This document shows positions 51,062-64,000 of a stretch of DNA of 64,000 nt, one piece after another. Below the pieces are notes generated by a model, which searched no databases, was not told the origin of the DNA, and saw only the letters and a list, made by a program, of their open reading frames with translations. Position 1 is the first letter of the stretch, and each line of letters starts with the position of its first letter. The stretch is from Macrostomum lignano (taxonomy: Eukaryota). The DNA lies in contig NIVC01003214.1 of NCBI GenBank assembly GCA_002269645.1, forward strand, positions 46,860 through 110,859, read 5' to 3'. Position numbers and translations under genes: made by a program.

Positions 51062-52065
51062 CTGCATCTATCTACACTCTATCTACATCTATCTACACTC
51101 TATCTACATCTATCTACATTCTATCTGAATCTAGCTACAGTATATCTACACCTATCTACATTCTATCTGAATTTATCTACACTCTATCTGCATCTATCTA
51201 CACTCTATCTGAATCTATCTACACTCTATCTGAATCTATCTACACTCTATCTGCATCTATCTACACTCTATCTACATCTATCTACATTCTATCTGCATCT
51301 ATCTACACTCTATCTGAATCTATCTACACTCTATCTGAATCTATCTACACTCTATCTGCATCTATCTACACTCTATCTACATCTATCTACACTCTATCTG
51401 AATCTATCTACATTCTATCTGCATCTATCTACACTCTATCTGAATCTATCTACACTCTATCTGAATCTATCTACACTCTATCTGCATCTATCTACACTCT
51501 ATCTACATCTATCTACATTCTATCTGCATCTATCTACACTCTATCTGAATCTATCTACACTCTATCTGAATCTATCTACACTCTATCTGCATCTATCTAC
51601 ACTCTATCTACATCTATCTACACTCTATCTGAATCTATCTACATTCTATCTGCATCTATCTACACTCTATCTGAATCTATCTACACTCTATCTGAATCTA
51701 TCTACACTCTATCTGAATCTATCTACACTCTATCTGCATCTATCTACACTCTATCTGCATCTATCTACACTCTATCTGCATCTATCTACATTCTATCTGC
51801 ATCTATCTACATTCTATCTGCATCTATCTACACTCTATCTGCATCTATCTACACTCTATCTGCATCTATCTACACCCTATCTGCATCTATCTACACTCTA
51901 TCTGCATCTATCTACACTCTATCTGCATCTATCTACACTCTATCTGCATCTATCTACACTCTATCATATCTACACTCTATCTGAATCTATCTACAGTATA
52001 TCTACATCTCGAATCTACAGTATATCTACATCTATCTACATTCTATCTGAATCTATCTACACTAT
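51062..52065. repeat. 21-bp minisatellite (TCTATCTACACTCTATCTGCA)n
   Basis: Directly visible; TCTA-derived. Confidence 0.96.
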
Positions 52066-52687
52066 CTTAGCTGTGGCCCCTCAGTTCTCTATCTTATCAA
52101 GCATTCTCTTGCCAAGTGAAACTGCAATTAGCAATTAAAAAATTCAATTTTCTTAACCAAATTATGAAAGCATTGGAGGACTAATGAGACAACGAACGCA
52201 TATCTGGGAGTCTATCGAAGGCTCCTCCTGAAGCCAGCAGAACCGAGGCGTGAAACTTATTTTGTTAAGCAGCCCGGCGGGTGACCATGCATGCCTGCTT
52301 AACCCCCCCCTCTGACACGGAACGGCTGCCACAAGCAGTCACCGCTTACCCAATTAGCTGTTTAGCGTTTGGAGCCATCTGGCCAAACTCAACTTTTCAG
52401 TTCTTTCATTCCCGACTCACTTTTCTTGTCGGTCGCATATGTTCCGCTTTTTTGTGTCAGACTTGGAAGAGCTGGTCTTGTCGGGGGCCAAAAGTTATGC
52501 AACAGTTTCGCAATGGAGTTTCTTTGCCATGGAAGACAAGAAGGGGAGGGCGGGATTCTCGTGTATGCGACTTTTAAAAGTTTTTTTTACAGCGGAACAA
52601 TGGAATGAGAGGTTGTAGAAATAATCGGTGAGGCGGGCAGACAGAAAGGAAAAGATCAGAATGGATTTATCGCTTTTTGAGTGCAGC

Positions 52688-53598
52688 AAGACAGACACAG
52701 CAAGGACACATGGCAGAGACAGCAAGGACACATGGCAGAGACAGCAAGGACACATGGCAGACACAGCAAGGACACATGGCAGAGACAGCAAGGACACATG
52801 GCAGACACAGCAAGGACACATGGCAGACACAGCAAGGACACACGGCAGAGACAGCAAGACACACAAGACAGACACAACAAGACACACAAGACAGACACAG
52901 CAAGACACACAAGACAGACACAGCAAGACACACATGACAGACACAACAAGACACACAAGACAGACACAACAAGACACACAAGACAGACACAGTAATACAC
53001 ACATGACAGACACAGCAAGACACACAAGACAGACACAGCAAGACACGCAAGACAGACACAGCAAGACACACATGACAGACACAACAAGACACACAAGACA
53101 GACACAACAAGACACACAAGACAGACACAGTAATACACACATGACAGACACAGCAAGACACACAAGACAGACACAGCAAGACACGCAAGACAGACACAGC
53201 AAGACACACATGACAGACAGAACAAGACACACAAGAAAGACACAGTAAGACACACATAACAGACACAACAAGACACACAAGACAGACACAGTAAGACACA
53301 CAAGACAGACACAATAAGACACACAAGACAGACACAATAAGACACACAAGACAGACACAACAAGACACACAAGACAGACACAATAAGACACACAAGACAG
53401 ACACAGTAAGACACACAAGACAGACACAGTAGGACACACAAGACAGACACAGTAGGACACACAAGACAGACACAACAAGACACACAAGACAGACACAGTA
53501 AGACACACAAGACAGACACAGTAGGACACACAAGACAGACACAACAGGACACACAAGACAGACACAACAAGACACACAAGACAGACACAGCAAGACAC
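52688..53598. repeat. 22-23-bp minisatellite (GACACACAAGACAGACACAGCAA)n
   Basis: Directly visible; GACA-derived. Confidence 0.96.
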
Positions 53599-54489
53599 AC
53601 AATGCAGGCATGAGGCAGTCACAGCTCCTTGTAGGTGTCACTCAGAAGGCGTGACAGGGTGAGAGCTCGCCGCAGCTGCTCGAAGCGGGACTGAGCAGTC
53701 AGCCATTCGGCAGCAGCAGCAGCGGTCACCCTTCGTTGCACCCTCTACTGTCTCACCTACCCAGCAAACTTTTTCTGGCCGCCATTCAACTTTCATTGCA
53801 TGATCTGCTTCTTTTAGAGGCAGCAGCAGCAGAAACGGGATGCTGGCGCTGTGTTTTATTCAGATCCGGCATTGAACTGTCCGCAAGGCCGATCAAGCGG
53901 TTGAAAGCAGCTTCATCCAAGGAGGACAAGAGCCTTGAGCATAGCGACTCTTAACTTCTGCTGGGTCAGAGCAATTCTTGTTTTAGAAAATTTTATCTTC
54001 AATTTTAAAGCTGAATGTAAATCAATAAATATGAATATTTGCGGGAAAGCTACAATACTGCACGCAGGCGTGCTGTCATAAACACGCTCACGCAGGGTGC
54101 ACAGCGGTTCTGACTTTCTAATCGTCCGGCATGTACAACGACAATTGCACGACGCTGGCCCCGGAGTCTTGTCAAAGGACCTTTTGTACTTTTTGCTTGG
54201 CATCGGATCTAGCTGAAGCCTTGAGCTGGCGGTGCGCTTTTAAACTTGCGCTTCCCAACAACCGGGGCTCATAGCAGCGGCGATTCACAATATTGTTTTC
54301 GAATCCGAAAAAAATCCCACAGGTTCTGCTGGCGGTCACGAATTTGAGAAATTCATAACCATTTTTCATGCGAGGGTGGGGGGGGGGCATTGTTGAGTTA
54401 GGCAGCAATGCCAGGGGATTAAGGAATGCGATCTCCGACCCGAGACGGATTTTAAGGTCTGAAGTCGGTGTGAAAAGACCTTCGCCGTT

Positions 54490-55165
54490 TTAGATATATT
54501 GGAGGGGTCAGTTGACCTCCGCCGTGTGTTAGATACATTTGGAGGGGGTCAGATGGCCTCCGCCGTGTGTTAGATACATTTGGAGGGGGTCAGATGACCT
54601 CCGCCGTGTGTTAGATACATTTGGAGGGGTCAGTTGACCTCCTCCGTGTGTTAGATACATTTGAAGGGGTCAGATGGCCTCCGCCGTGTGTTAGATACAT
54701 TTGGAGGGGGTCAGATGACCTCCGCCGTGTGTTAGATACATTTGGAGGGGTCAGTTGACCTCCGCCGTGTGTTAGATACATTTGAAGGGGTCAGATGGCC
54801 TCGCCGTGTGTTAGATACATTTGGAGGGGGTCAGATGACCTCCGCCGTGTGTTAGATACATTTGGAGGGGTCAGTTGACCTCCTCCGTGTGTTAGATACA
54901 TTTGAAGGGGTCAGATGGCCTCCGCCGTGTGTTAGATACATTTGGAGGGGGTCAGATGACCTCCGCCGTGTGTTAGATACATTTGGAGGGGTCAGTTGAC
55001 CTCCTCCGTGTGTTAGATACATTTGAAGGGGTCAGATGACCTCCACCGTGTGTTAGATACATTTGAGGGGTCAGATGACCTCCACCGTGTTAGATACATT
55101 TGGAGGGGGTCAGATGACCTCCGCCGTGTTAGATACATTTGGAGGGGGTCAGATGACCTCCGCCA
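54490..55165. repeat. ~41-bp minisatellite with trimeric higher-order structure
   Basis: TTAGATACATTTGGAGGGGGTCAGATGACCTCCGCCGTGTG with three variants cycling. Confidence 0.93.
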
Positions 55166-56032
55166 TTTTAGCTACAGAGTGGGTCAAATGACCTCCCGCT
55201 ATTTGAATATCGGCGATGACCCTGGACAGGGCGGGGGCATTGACCCCCGGACTACAAGCTCGCTTGGTCTTCATGCTCGCTGCCCGCTACCAATAAAAGC
55301 AACCAGTGGGAGGCGCCGACGCCCACTCTGAGATGACACGCAGAGCTATTAAAAATCTCATTATGAGTCCAGAGTGAGCAGAGCAAATAGACTGAGTTTC
55401 TGGGGGTGGGGTGGGCAGAGCCGTCACTCACAGCTAAAGCTGAACTCACACCAAAGAGCTGCGCCTCGCGTAACTACTCCGGCAATTTGAAAAACTCTCT
55501 TTGCTCAATATCCATTTATAATAACTGTGCGGATTATAGAGAGGCTCAAGTCACCTGCAGCAGCTTAAACTCAATGACCGGGAGTGCCGGCTGCTAGGGG
55601 ATATCTAAGCGAGAATTTAATTGGGAAGTCACAAAGCGAAGGTGAAACTCTGGTCTCAAATAAAATTTGACTATTCAGCTGTCGGGCAGGCGGACTAATT
55701 AAGCCGCGTTGGCCAGGTGCGCCAGGAGCTGGGAGAACAATAGGGGGATCTCAGTAGGCTTGTTGCTAACACCGATCTGCCTTGAGCACGACTGTTGATT
55801 CTCGAATGCGTCTAAATTCAACTCGCGACAGGAAATGGGAAAACGGCTGAAACAGTTTGCTAAGTATTATTATTCTTTAATATTATACTCATTTATTTAT
55901 TTATAGTAACTCCGTCTGCAAAGCCGGGGGACGCCACACTTCAGCTACAATACGGAGAGAGGAGGTGCAGACAGTCAGCATGGGCAAAGCTGCGGCTGGA
56001 GGCTGCGGCTGGGTGGAAACCAGGGCATGAGT

Positions 56033-56622
<590 letters not shown>

Positions 56623-56954
56623 CACAGGGTGCTGGCAGGCCCAATACCAGAGGCTGCTCACTGACTGCAAACACAGATTGACTAGGGCGGTGAAACATTT
56701 GTACAAAAGCTACGAACGCCATCAGCGATGTTGGGTTGCGGATGCTGACAAATAAAAACAATGTTTAAATTTAAGCAGAACAGAGCGGGCATGAGGGATC
56801 TGTGCACTGAGGGGCGTTGGGTAACAATGGCGGTGCTCGCAAAAACAGCTGGACTATGGTAACAAACAGACAGACAAAAGACAGATATAATATTTTAGAT
56901 AGATGTACGCTTGTGTATGCGGGTCACTCAGTGCATTCCTTATTTTCTCTCTTT

Positions 56955-57753
56955 TCATTCTTTCCTCGCCCGCTTCGAGGCTGACCAATCGGTCACGTGA
57001 TGCTCGGAAGCCGCAGGCGCCGGCAGCGGCGGAGGCAGCGACGGCAGCTGCGGCATCGAGTGCGGCGGCGGCGGCGGCGGCAGCAGCGGGAGGCCGGCGA
57101 AGCCGCCCAGGCCGCCCAGCATGGGAAAGCGGCCGTAGAAGGCGGCGGCGGCGGCCGCTGCGGCTGCTGCCGCCGAGATGGCGGAGGCTGCGGAGGAGTT
57201 CGGCGAGCCGCCCGTGGAGTTGGCGCCGACTGTGCTGGCTGTGGAGGAGGCGGCCGCCGCGGCGGCGGTGACAGCGGCGGAGGTCAGCAACGAGGAGATC
57301 GGGAACAGAGACGGCGGCATGCCGGACTTCGGCTTCAATGAGCAGTCCATGGGCTGCTGGTGATGGCCTTCACCGCTGCTCATCCCGGCTGCCGTCTGCT
57401 GCTGCTGCTGCTGAAGGAGCCGACGCTGGCGCTTCCGACGCTGCTTCTGCTGGTTATCGGCGCCGCCGTCGACATCCAGGTCGGCCGTCGTTGCCGCCTC
57501 GCCGTCGTCGCCGTCCTTGTCGACATCGTCGTCGGATTCGACGTCAAGCCAGCTGTCGTCCTCCTCGTCAGCGAGCTGTCCGACTTCTCCACCGATGCCG
57601 CCGCCGCTGCCGCCTCCGCCGCTGCCGCCGCTGCGACGAGCGACACCACGCAAGTAGTCGATGTCGTCCAGGTCGTCATCGTCGTCGGCGTCGGATTTCG
57701 ACGGCCCGTCGCCGTCCAAATTGTTGGAGTCGCAGGAGTTCGCACCGTGGAGT
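56955..57753 (-). CDS. Terminal exon of a probable transcriptional repressor (acidic, poly-G/Q/A/P tracts, eh1-like and CtBP-like motifs)
   Basis: Acceptor ctctcccag|A at 57753 and an open frame to TGA at 56955-56957, with GC-rich codon use. Motifs PMDCSLK and FPISSLL; C-terminal KRARKE. No DNA-binding domain in this exon. Confidence 0.7.
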
Positions 57754-57829
57754 CTGGGAGAGGTGGCGTTTGAAAAGTGAGCTATTTGATTTCAGAATGT
57801 CAGGAGTTTTGTCTTTAATGCATCAAATT

Positions 57830-59128
57830 AGGTGTTTATAGCCCCAAAGTGGGTGTTTATAGCTCCAAAGTGGGTGTTTATAGCTCCAAAGTAGGTGTTT
57901 ATAGCTCCAAAGTGAGTGTTTATAGCTCCAAAGTAGGTGTTTATAGCTTCAAAAGAGGTTTTTATAGCTCCAAAGTGAGTGTTTATAGCTCCAAAGTGGG
58001 TGTTTATAGCTTCAAAGTGAGTGTTTATAGCTCCAAAGTGGGTGTTTATAGCTCCAAAGTGGGTGTTTATAGCTCCAAAGTGGGTGTTTATAGCTCCAAA
58101 GTAGGTGTTTATAGCTCCAAAGTGGGTGTTTAATGCACCAAAGTAGGTGTTTATAGCTTCAAAGTAGGTGTTTATAGCATCAAAGTGGGTGTTTATAGCT
58201 TCAAAGTGGGTGCTTATAGCTCCAAAGTGGGTGTTTATAGCTTCAAAGTGGGTGTTTATAGCTCCAAAGTGGGTGTTTATAGCTCCAAAGTAGGTGTTTA
58301 TAGCTCCAAAGTGGGTGTTTAATGCACCAAAGTAGGTGTTTATAGCTTCAAAGTAGGTGTTTATAGCATCAAAGTGGGTGTTTATAGCTTCAAAGTGGGT
58401 GCTTATAGCTCCAAAGTGGGTGTTTATAGCTTCAAAGTGAGTGTTTATAGCTCCAAATTAGGTGTTTATAGCTCCAAATTAGGTGTTTATAGCTCCAAAG
58501 TAGGTCTTTATAGCTCCAAAGTAGGTGTTTATAGCTTCAAAAGAGGTTTTTATAGCTCCAAAGTGAGTGTTTATAGCTCCAAAGTGGTGTTTATAGCTTC
58601 AAAGTGAGTGTTTATAGCTCCAAAGTGGGTGTTTATAGCTCCAAAGTGGGTGTTTATAGCTCCAAAGTAGGTGTTTATAGCTCCAAAGTGGGTGTTTAAT
58701 GCACCAAAGTAGGTGTTTATAGCTTCAAAGTAGGTGTTTATAGCATCAAAGTGGGTGTTTATAGCTTCAAAGTGGGTGCTTATAGCTCCAAAGTGGGTGT
58801 TTATAGCTTCAAAGTGGGTGTTTATAGCTCCAAAGTGGGTGTTTATAGCTCCAAAGTAGGTGTTTATAGCTCCAAAGTGGGTGTTTAATGCACCAAAGTA
58901 GGTGTTTATAGCTTCAAAGTAGGTGTTTATAGCATCAAAGTGGGTGTTTATAGCTTCAAAGTGGGTGCTTATAGCTCCAAAGTGGTGTTTATAGCTTCAA
59001 AGTGAGTGTTTATAGCTCCAAATTAGGTGTTTATAGCTCCAAATTAGGTGTTTATAGCTCCAAAGTAGGTCTTTATAGCTCCAAAGTAGGTCTTTATAGC
59101 TTCAAAAGAGGTTTTTATAGCTCCAAAG
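57830..59128. repeat. 21-bp minisatellite (GTGTTTATAGCTCCAAAGTGG)n, left part
   Basis: Directly visible; resumes at 60396. Confidence 0.97.
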
Positions 59129-60395
59129 TAGGGGTGTTCGGTCGGCCATTTTTTCGGGGTTCGGGTTTACCCCGAACCCGGTACCCCTACCCCGAACCCC
59201 GAACCCCGTCCCGAACATTTCTTCCAACCCCGAACCCGAACCCGGTACCAAAACCCGACCCGACCCCGAACGTAACCCGAACATTTTCACGCTTATTTTG
59301 GTCAATCATTTTAATAAATTCAGTTTTCAGTTTTCAATTTTTCAGTTTTTAGTTTTGAATTTCAGTTTTAAAATCAGTTTTATACATTGAGATGTGCCTT
59401 AACAGCTTCAACCACTTAGCCTTGTGGTTTTATTTCCCTTAGCTACTCTACAACTAGGAAAAGAAATATGAAACACTTCTTGCAATGGGATTGGGATTGA
59501 GATGGAAGGAATACCACGACCCAAGATCTAATAGTAAGATACATGAAAGTTCACAACTAAAATCAGGACCATTTCGTACCTATACTTACAACGAAATTGC
59601 TTTCATAGTAATATTACATCTATGAGTTTATTTAAGCTGCAAAAATAGAGTACAATAAAATTAGATTCTACCCTGTAGTGTAGATATCAGTAGAGATAGA
59701 ACTAGAGCGATAAAGAGATGGCACAGATAAAACAATGAAACAATGAAACAGGAGAGTTAATCACAAATATATATTATTTTTACTTTTGACTACAGTTAAC
59801 AGTCAGTCAGTAGTGGTATAACAGAATTGCTATGTAAAAACTAAAGTGGTCACGTCTTTACATAAAATTGTATGCTGATAAGAGTAGGTAATCATTGTGA
59901 TAATTGATTGGCGACTGATGCGTGGAGAATAATAATGTATTTATACATTTTAAGCTTCCTCATCCAATCCAGAAGTTCAGACCATGTTACACGTAGCACA
60001 TGCAAAATTATTACTGAACGTAATTTTTTAAATCATCAACTGCAAGACTGAATGGGTCGAAAAACTACAATCGTTATTTACCAGAAAGTGTAAATGAATC
60101 CATGGTTCTATCTGCTATTTCCGTTTCAAATTGTATGTAAAATATAACTTAAGTTGTACCTGAAACTCAATGCATATCTTTCGCATTGTGGATTTTGCAT
60201 AAGGAGTAAAAAGTGCTTGAAAATACTATTGAGAATGATAATTGTTCAAAACCCCGAAAAACCCGAAAACCCGGTGGCCAAACCCGACCCGAACCCCGAA
60301 CCCGGTACCCCTACCCCGAACCCCGAACCCGACCCGGAACACCTACCCCGAACCCGAACCGGTACCAAAACCCGACCCGAACCCGAACACCCCTA
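59129..60395. mobile_element. Non-autonomous hAT DNA transposon (MITE-like), 1267 bp
   Basis: 13-bp TIR TAGGGGTGTTCGG / CCGAACACCCCTA; 8-bp TSD CTCCAAAG (59121-59128, 60396-60403); subterminal CCCGAA repeats; AT-rich non-coding interior. Confidence 0.92.
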
Positions 60396-60695
60396 CTCCA
60401 AAGTGAGTGTTTATAGCTCCAAAGTGGGTGTTTATAGATCCAAAGTGGGTGTTTATAGCTTCAAAGTAGGTGTTTATAGCTCCAAAGTGGGTGTTTATAG
60501 CTCCAAAGTGGGTGTTTATAGCTCCAAAGTGGGTGTTTATAGCTCCAAAGTGGGTGTTTATAGCTCCAAAGAGGGTGTTTGTAGCTCCAAAGTGGGTGTT
60601 TATAGCTCCAAAGTGGGTGTTTATAGCTCCAAAGAGGGTGTTTATAGCTCCAAAGTGGGTGTTTAATGCACCAAAGTGGGTGTTTATAGCTTCAA
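60396..60695. repeat. 21-bp minisatellite, right part
   Basis: Same unit as 57830-59128. Confidence 0.97.
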
Positions 60696-61496
60696 AGTGT
60701 AACACTCAACGTTAAACGCTTTCTCTGCCCTTGTCGTGATGATTGGCTCTCATAGACTTGGCTTGCACTACGTTCCCTCTTTTTCAAATAAAGAGTCCAG
60801 AGCCAAAATCGGTGCCTTGAACCTTGTAGCGCCAAGGAAAATACGCAATTCAATTCAAATAGCAAGATCTCTCTCTTTATTAAAAGACCCCATCGCGGGT
60901 TGGCACCACAAATGTCGGAAGTCATAACAGTTATTAAGCAAACACCAATAAGGCTTGGGCTTGCAATTTCACTTTCACTCAAACAGTGCCCCGGCCATTC
61001 CTGCAAGCCAAGCACAGGGGGGGCTGCCTGCCCCAATTCAAGATCTTCGCCTGATTGCTGTTGACAGAGGCCGGATCAAAATTCAAATTTTCAGTAATAG
61101 TGGGAGAAGAGGATCTCGTTTCACACCTCCCTTCGAGCGCCTCTGTCTGTTCGAGTGAGCTCGGGTCTAGTTTCTGTCCTCCCAAGGATAAAATCACCCA
61201 TTTACTGTATTATTCCTTGGCTATCTGCAGTGCCCCGGGAAAATGATCCTCTATCTATTTTCCCAACAGCAAGTTACCAATATATGGTTGAAACTGAGCT
61301 GTTGAATTGGCTATGAGAGTAGCGCGTGACTGCCAGCAGCTTTCAATCGGGATTAGTGAAATGCGATACCGATTAAGATAGAGACGGCCACTTGTGGTGT
61401 CAAAAAATTTTGGAAATCCTCTGGGAATTGAATTTTGGGGAGTGGCGACTGCTCGCTTAGTTTTTGCGCCGCCAGACAGCGCCACAGCCTTGAAGA

Positions 61497-62182
61497 GCGC
61501 CACACTAAACTACAGAATGGCGCCACACTAAACTACAAAATAGCGCCACACTAAACTACAAAATGGCGCCACAAGTAAACTACAAAATGGCGCCACACTA
61601 AACTGCAAAATGGCGCCACAACTAAACTACAAATTGGCGCCAAACTAAACCACAAAATGGCGCCACAACTAAACTACAGGATAGCGCTACAACTAAGCCA
61701 CAAAATGACGCCACAACTAAACTACAAAATGGCGCCACAACTAAACTACAAAATGGTGCCACAACTAAACTACAAAATGGCGCCACAACTAAACTACAAA
61801 ATGGCGCCACACTAAGCTACAGTATAACGCCACAACTAAACTAAAAAATGGCGCCAACAATAAATTACAGAATGGCGCCACATTAAACTACAAAATGGCG
61901 CCACACTAAACTACAGTACAACGCCACAACTAAACTACAATGGCGCCACACTAAACTACAGAATGGTACCCAACTAAACTACAGAATGGTGCCACAACTA
62001 AACTACAAAATGGCGCCACACTAAACTGCAAAATGGCGCCACAACTAAACTACAAAATGGCACCAAACTAAACTACAAATTGGCGCCACACTAAACTACA
62101 GTACAACGCCACAACTAAACTACAATGGCGCTACACTAAACTAAATGGCGCCACAACTAAACTACGAAATAGCGCCACAACT
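61497..62182. repeat. 23-24-bp minisatellite (ACTAAACTACAAAATGGCGCCACA)n
   Basis: Directly visible. Confidence 0.95.
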
Positions 62183-63274
62183 CTAAAAAAACACTCGCCA
62201 CACTGAATGAAAAATTACAAATTACAAAAAGATATTGACCAAGAGGGTATTCGGTGACGGCTTATTAAACAATAGAATTATAGACAATGCAGGAGTTTTT
62301 GTCAGAAGCTGACAAAAACTGCCGCCCCTATTACACCTGCTAGCAAAACTATAAGCTGTAATCAGCGCTCTTTGCCTTGAAGTTTTCGCACGTCCGGCCC
62401 TACCGGCAGCACCTCTGAGCAGCGGATCAATGGGCTGCTCACACCCACACACGACGGGCAATCCGTAATCACAGGGGCTTTCTTGCCCCCCCACCGTCAC
62501 GGGAGGCGAAAATGAGCCTTTAGGATGAGAAGTCAACGATGAAGAGATTAGAGGAGGCTGCGCAAGCGTAGCAGGGACACAATTAACGGTCACGATTTCA
62601 AGCCCCTTTCATCTGACACCTGGGGATAATAATCCCCCTGCATGAGCTTTCCCATGATACAGTCCTATTGACTCTCAGTTCCGCATTTACGCCCCTGTCA
62701 CCTGTGAGGGCATTGTTAGACATCACGATCCCGAGTAGGATATTTTCTTTAAATAAAATTTCTCGATTCCATTTTTAATCAGATTTTTTTCGGTTCAGAA
62801 AATTTTAAATGAATAAATACTGCTGTTCTATTCCCGATTTCATTGACTCAAAAATCTTTGAGAACAGTTACTAGGTCTGGAATTCCTTGCTTATCTAATC
62901 TGAGTACCATAGTTCCAAGCAGTGGCTGCAACTTGAGCGCAGTGAGCACACTCGTTCGGCTGCTCACAGCGGGGTGCCCCATGCTCCGGCATATTGCGGA
63001 CCAGTCAGTTAGCTGGCTCACATCATTAATTATTCATTATTTGAATTGTTGCATTTGCCAAAACGGAACTCCAGGGCTGGAAGGTGTTGGCCCTTTGCTG
63101 CCTTCTCGCCTCACGAAGGGAGACTGGGGCGCTGCAGTTTGAAAGCTTGAGTTGGTGTGATTGACGAGTGATTGACAGGTTCTCTCAGTGGCTATCATCA
63201 AAACTTTGCTTAAACATGCTGTAGCGCATAGATATGTTAGAGACTTTTGTACCTACCTATGTATACGCAGGCAT

Positions 63275-63530
63275 AGATGGCACTCTGATATTCAAAGTGG
63301 CACCCGATATTAAAAATGGCACTCCGATATTTAAAAATGGCACTCTGACATTTAAATGGCACTCTGATATAAAAATGGCACTCGGATATTCAAAAATGGC
63401 ACTCTGATATTAAAAAAATGGCCTCTGATATTTAAAATGGCACTCTAACTTTCAATAAAAGCACTCGAATATTTAAAATGGCACATTAATTTTCGGAATG
63501 GAGCTCTAATATTCAAAATGACACTCTTGG
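63275..63530. repeat. Degenerate ~20-22-bp repeat (AAAATGGCACTCTGATATT)n
   Basis: Directly visible, diverged copies. Confidence 0.85.
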
Positions 63531-64000
63531 ATCTTTTAAAATTTGCACTCAAATCTTGAAAAGTGGCACAGACTTAAAGATTAGCAACATCAACAGTAGA
63601 CTAAACTATAGTGGACGCGTGCTAAACCAGCTTCCCAAATCCAAACTCACCGCGAGGACCATCTGCATGTCCACCATCTAACGCTACACGCCCCTATACA
63701 GCTAAAGCAAATATTGGCACAATTCGTATGAACAAGCCGATAGAATCGAGTCAGAAGGACCACCAACTGCGCTTACCGAACTTAACACGCCTACCGTCTA
63801 TTATGAATGACTATGAAGCAATCTAATTCGCGAGATTATGTTGATATCTATTATTATGTTATATTCTAGAAGACGGACCATATGGGAGGGCGGAGGCAAT
63901 GCGGGCGAGGCGGGCTGGGCCATAGACAGTCTGGGGCGCCCGTATTGTGCAATTTTAGACACCAGCCAGGGATTCCTATTACTCTCTCAGCGGGGTTGCA

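Noticed and set aside
53620-53745. Minus-strand frame [40 protein letters not shown]
   Set aside because: Looks coding-like but has no pyrimidine-rich acceptor and no recognisable family; insufficient support.
54490-55165. CRISPR array
   Set aside because: Repeats are contiguous with no unique spacers, no cas genes are present, and the context is eukaryotic. The same applies to the 31-, 35-, 37- and 44-bp arrays.
62222-62593. 123-aa minus-strand ORF as the upstream exon of the repressor gene
   Set aside because: No DNA-binding motif and no convincing splice sites identified.

Overview
Eukaryotic (metazoan invertebrate) genomic DNA with GT-AG spliced genes, GC-rich exons and a very high tandem-repeat load. 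The style suggests the flatworm Macrostomum, but that is only an impression. Host genes: (1) a 4-exon, 416-aa secreted protein with signal peptide, PAN/apple-like domain and ALK/LTK-type glycine-rich domain (1602-6012, +); (2) a 4-exon MATE/SLC47 transporter with a 1-nt frameshift and a GC-AG intron (30393-34583, +); (3) the terminal exon of a probable transcriptional repressor (56955-57753, -). The dominant feature is a ~20-kb head-to-tail Helitron cluster (8163-28107). Eight mosaic non-autonomous units each carry a short (TAACCC)n tract and end in a hairpin, seven followed by CTCG. They are followed by a ~6-kb Helitron ending in hairpin + CTAG, which encodes a spliced STPR-repeat / OTU protease / RPA-like OB-fold protein but no visible RepHel. 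Also present: a solo LTR in a (TCTA)n array, a decayed Tc1/IS630 DDE transposase, two tRNA-derived SINEs, a hAT MITE with 13-bp TIR and 8-bp TSD, and more than 20 mini/microsatellite arrays, five sharing a GTCACTC core. All protein-family calls come from motif recognition by eye; no database search was run.
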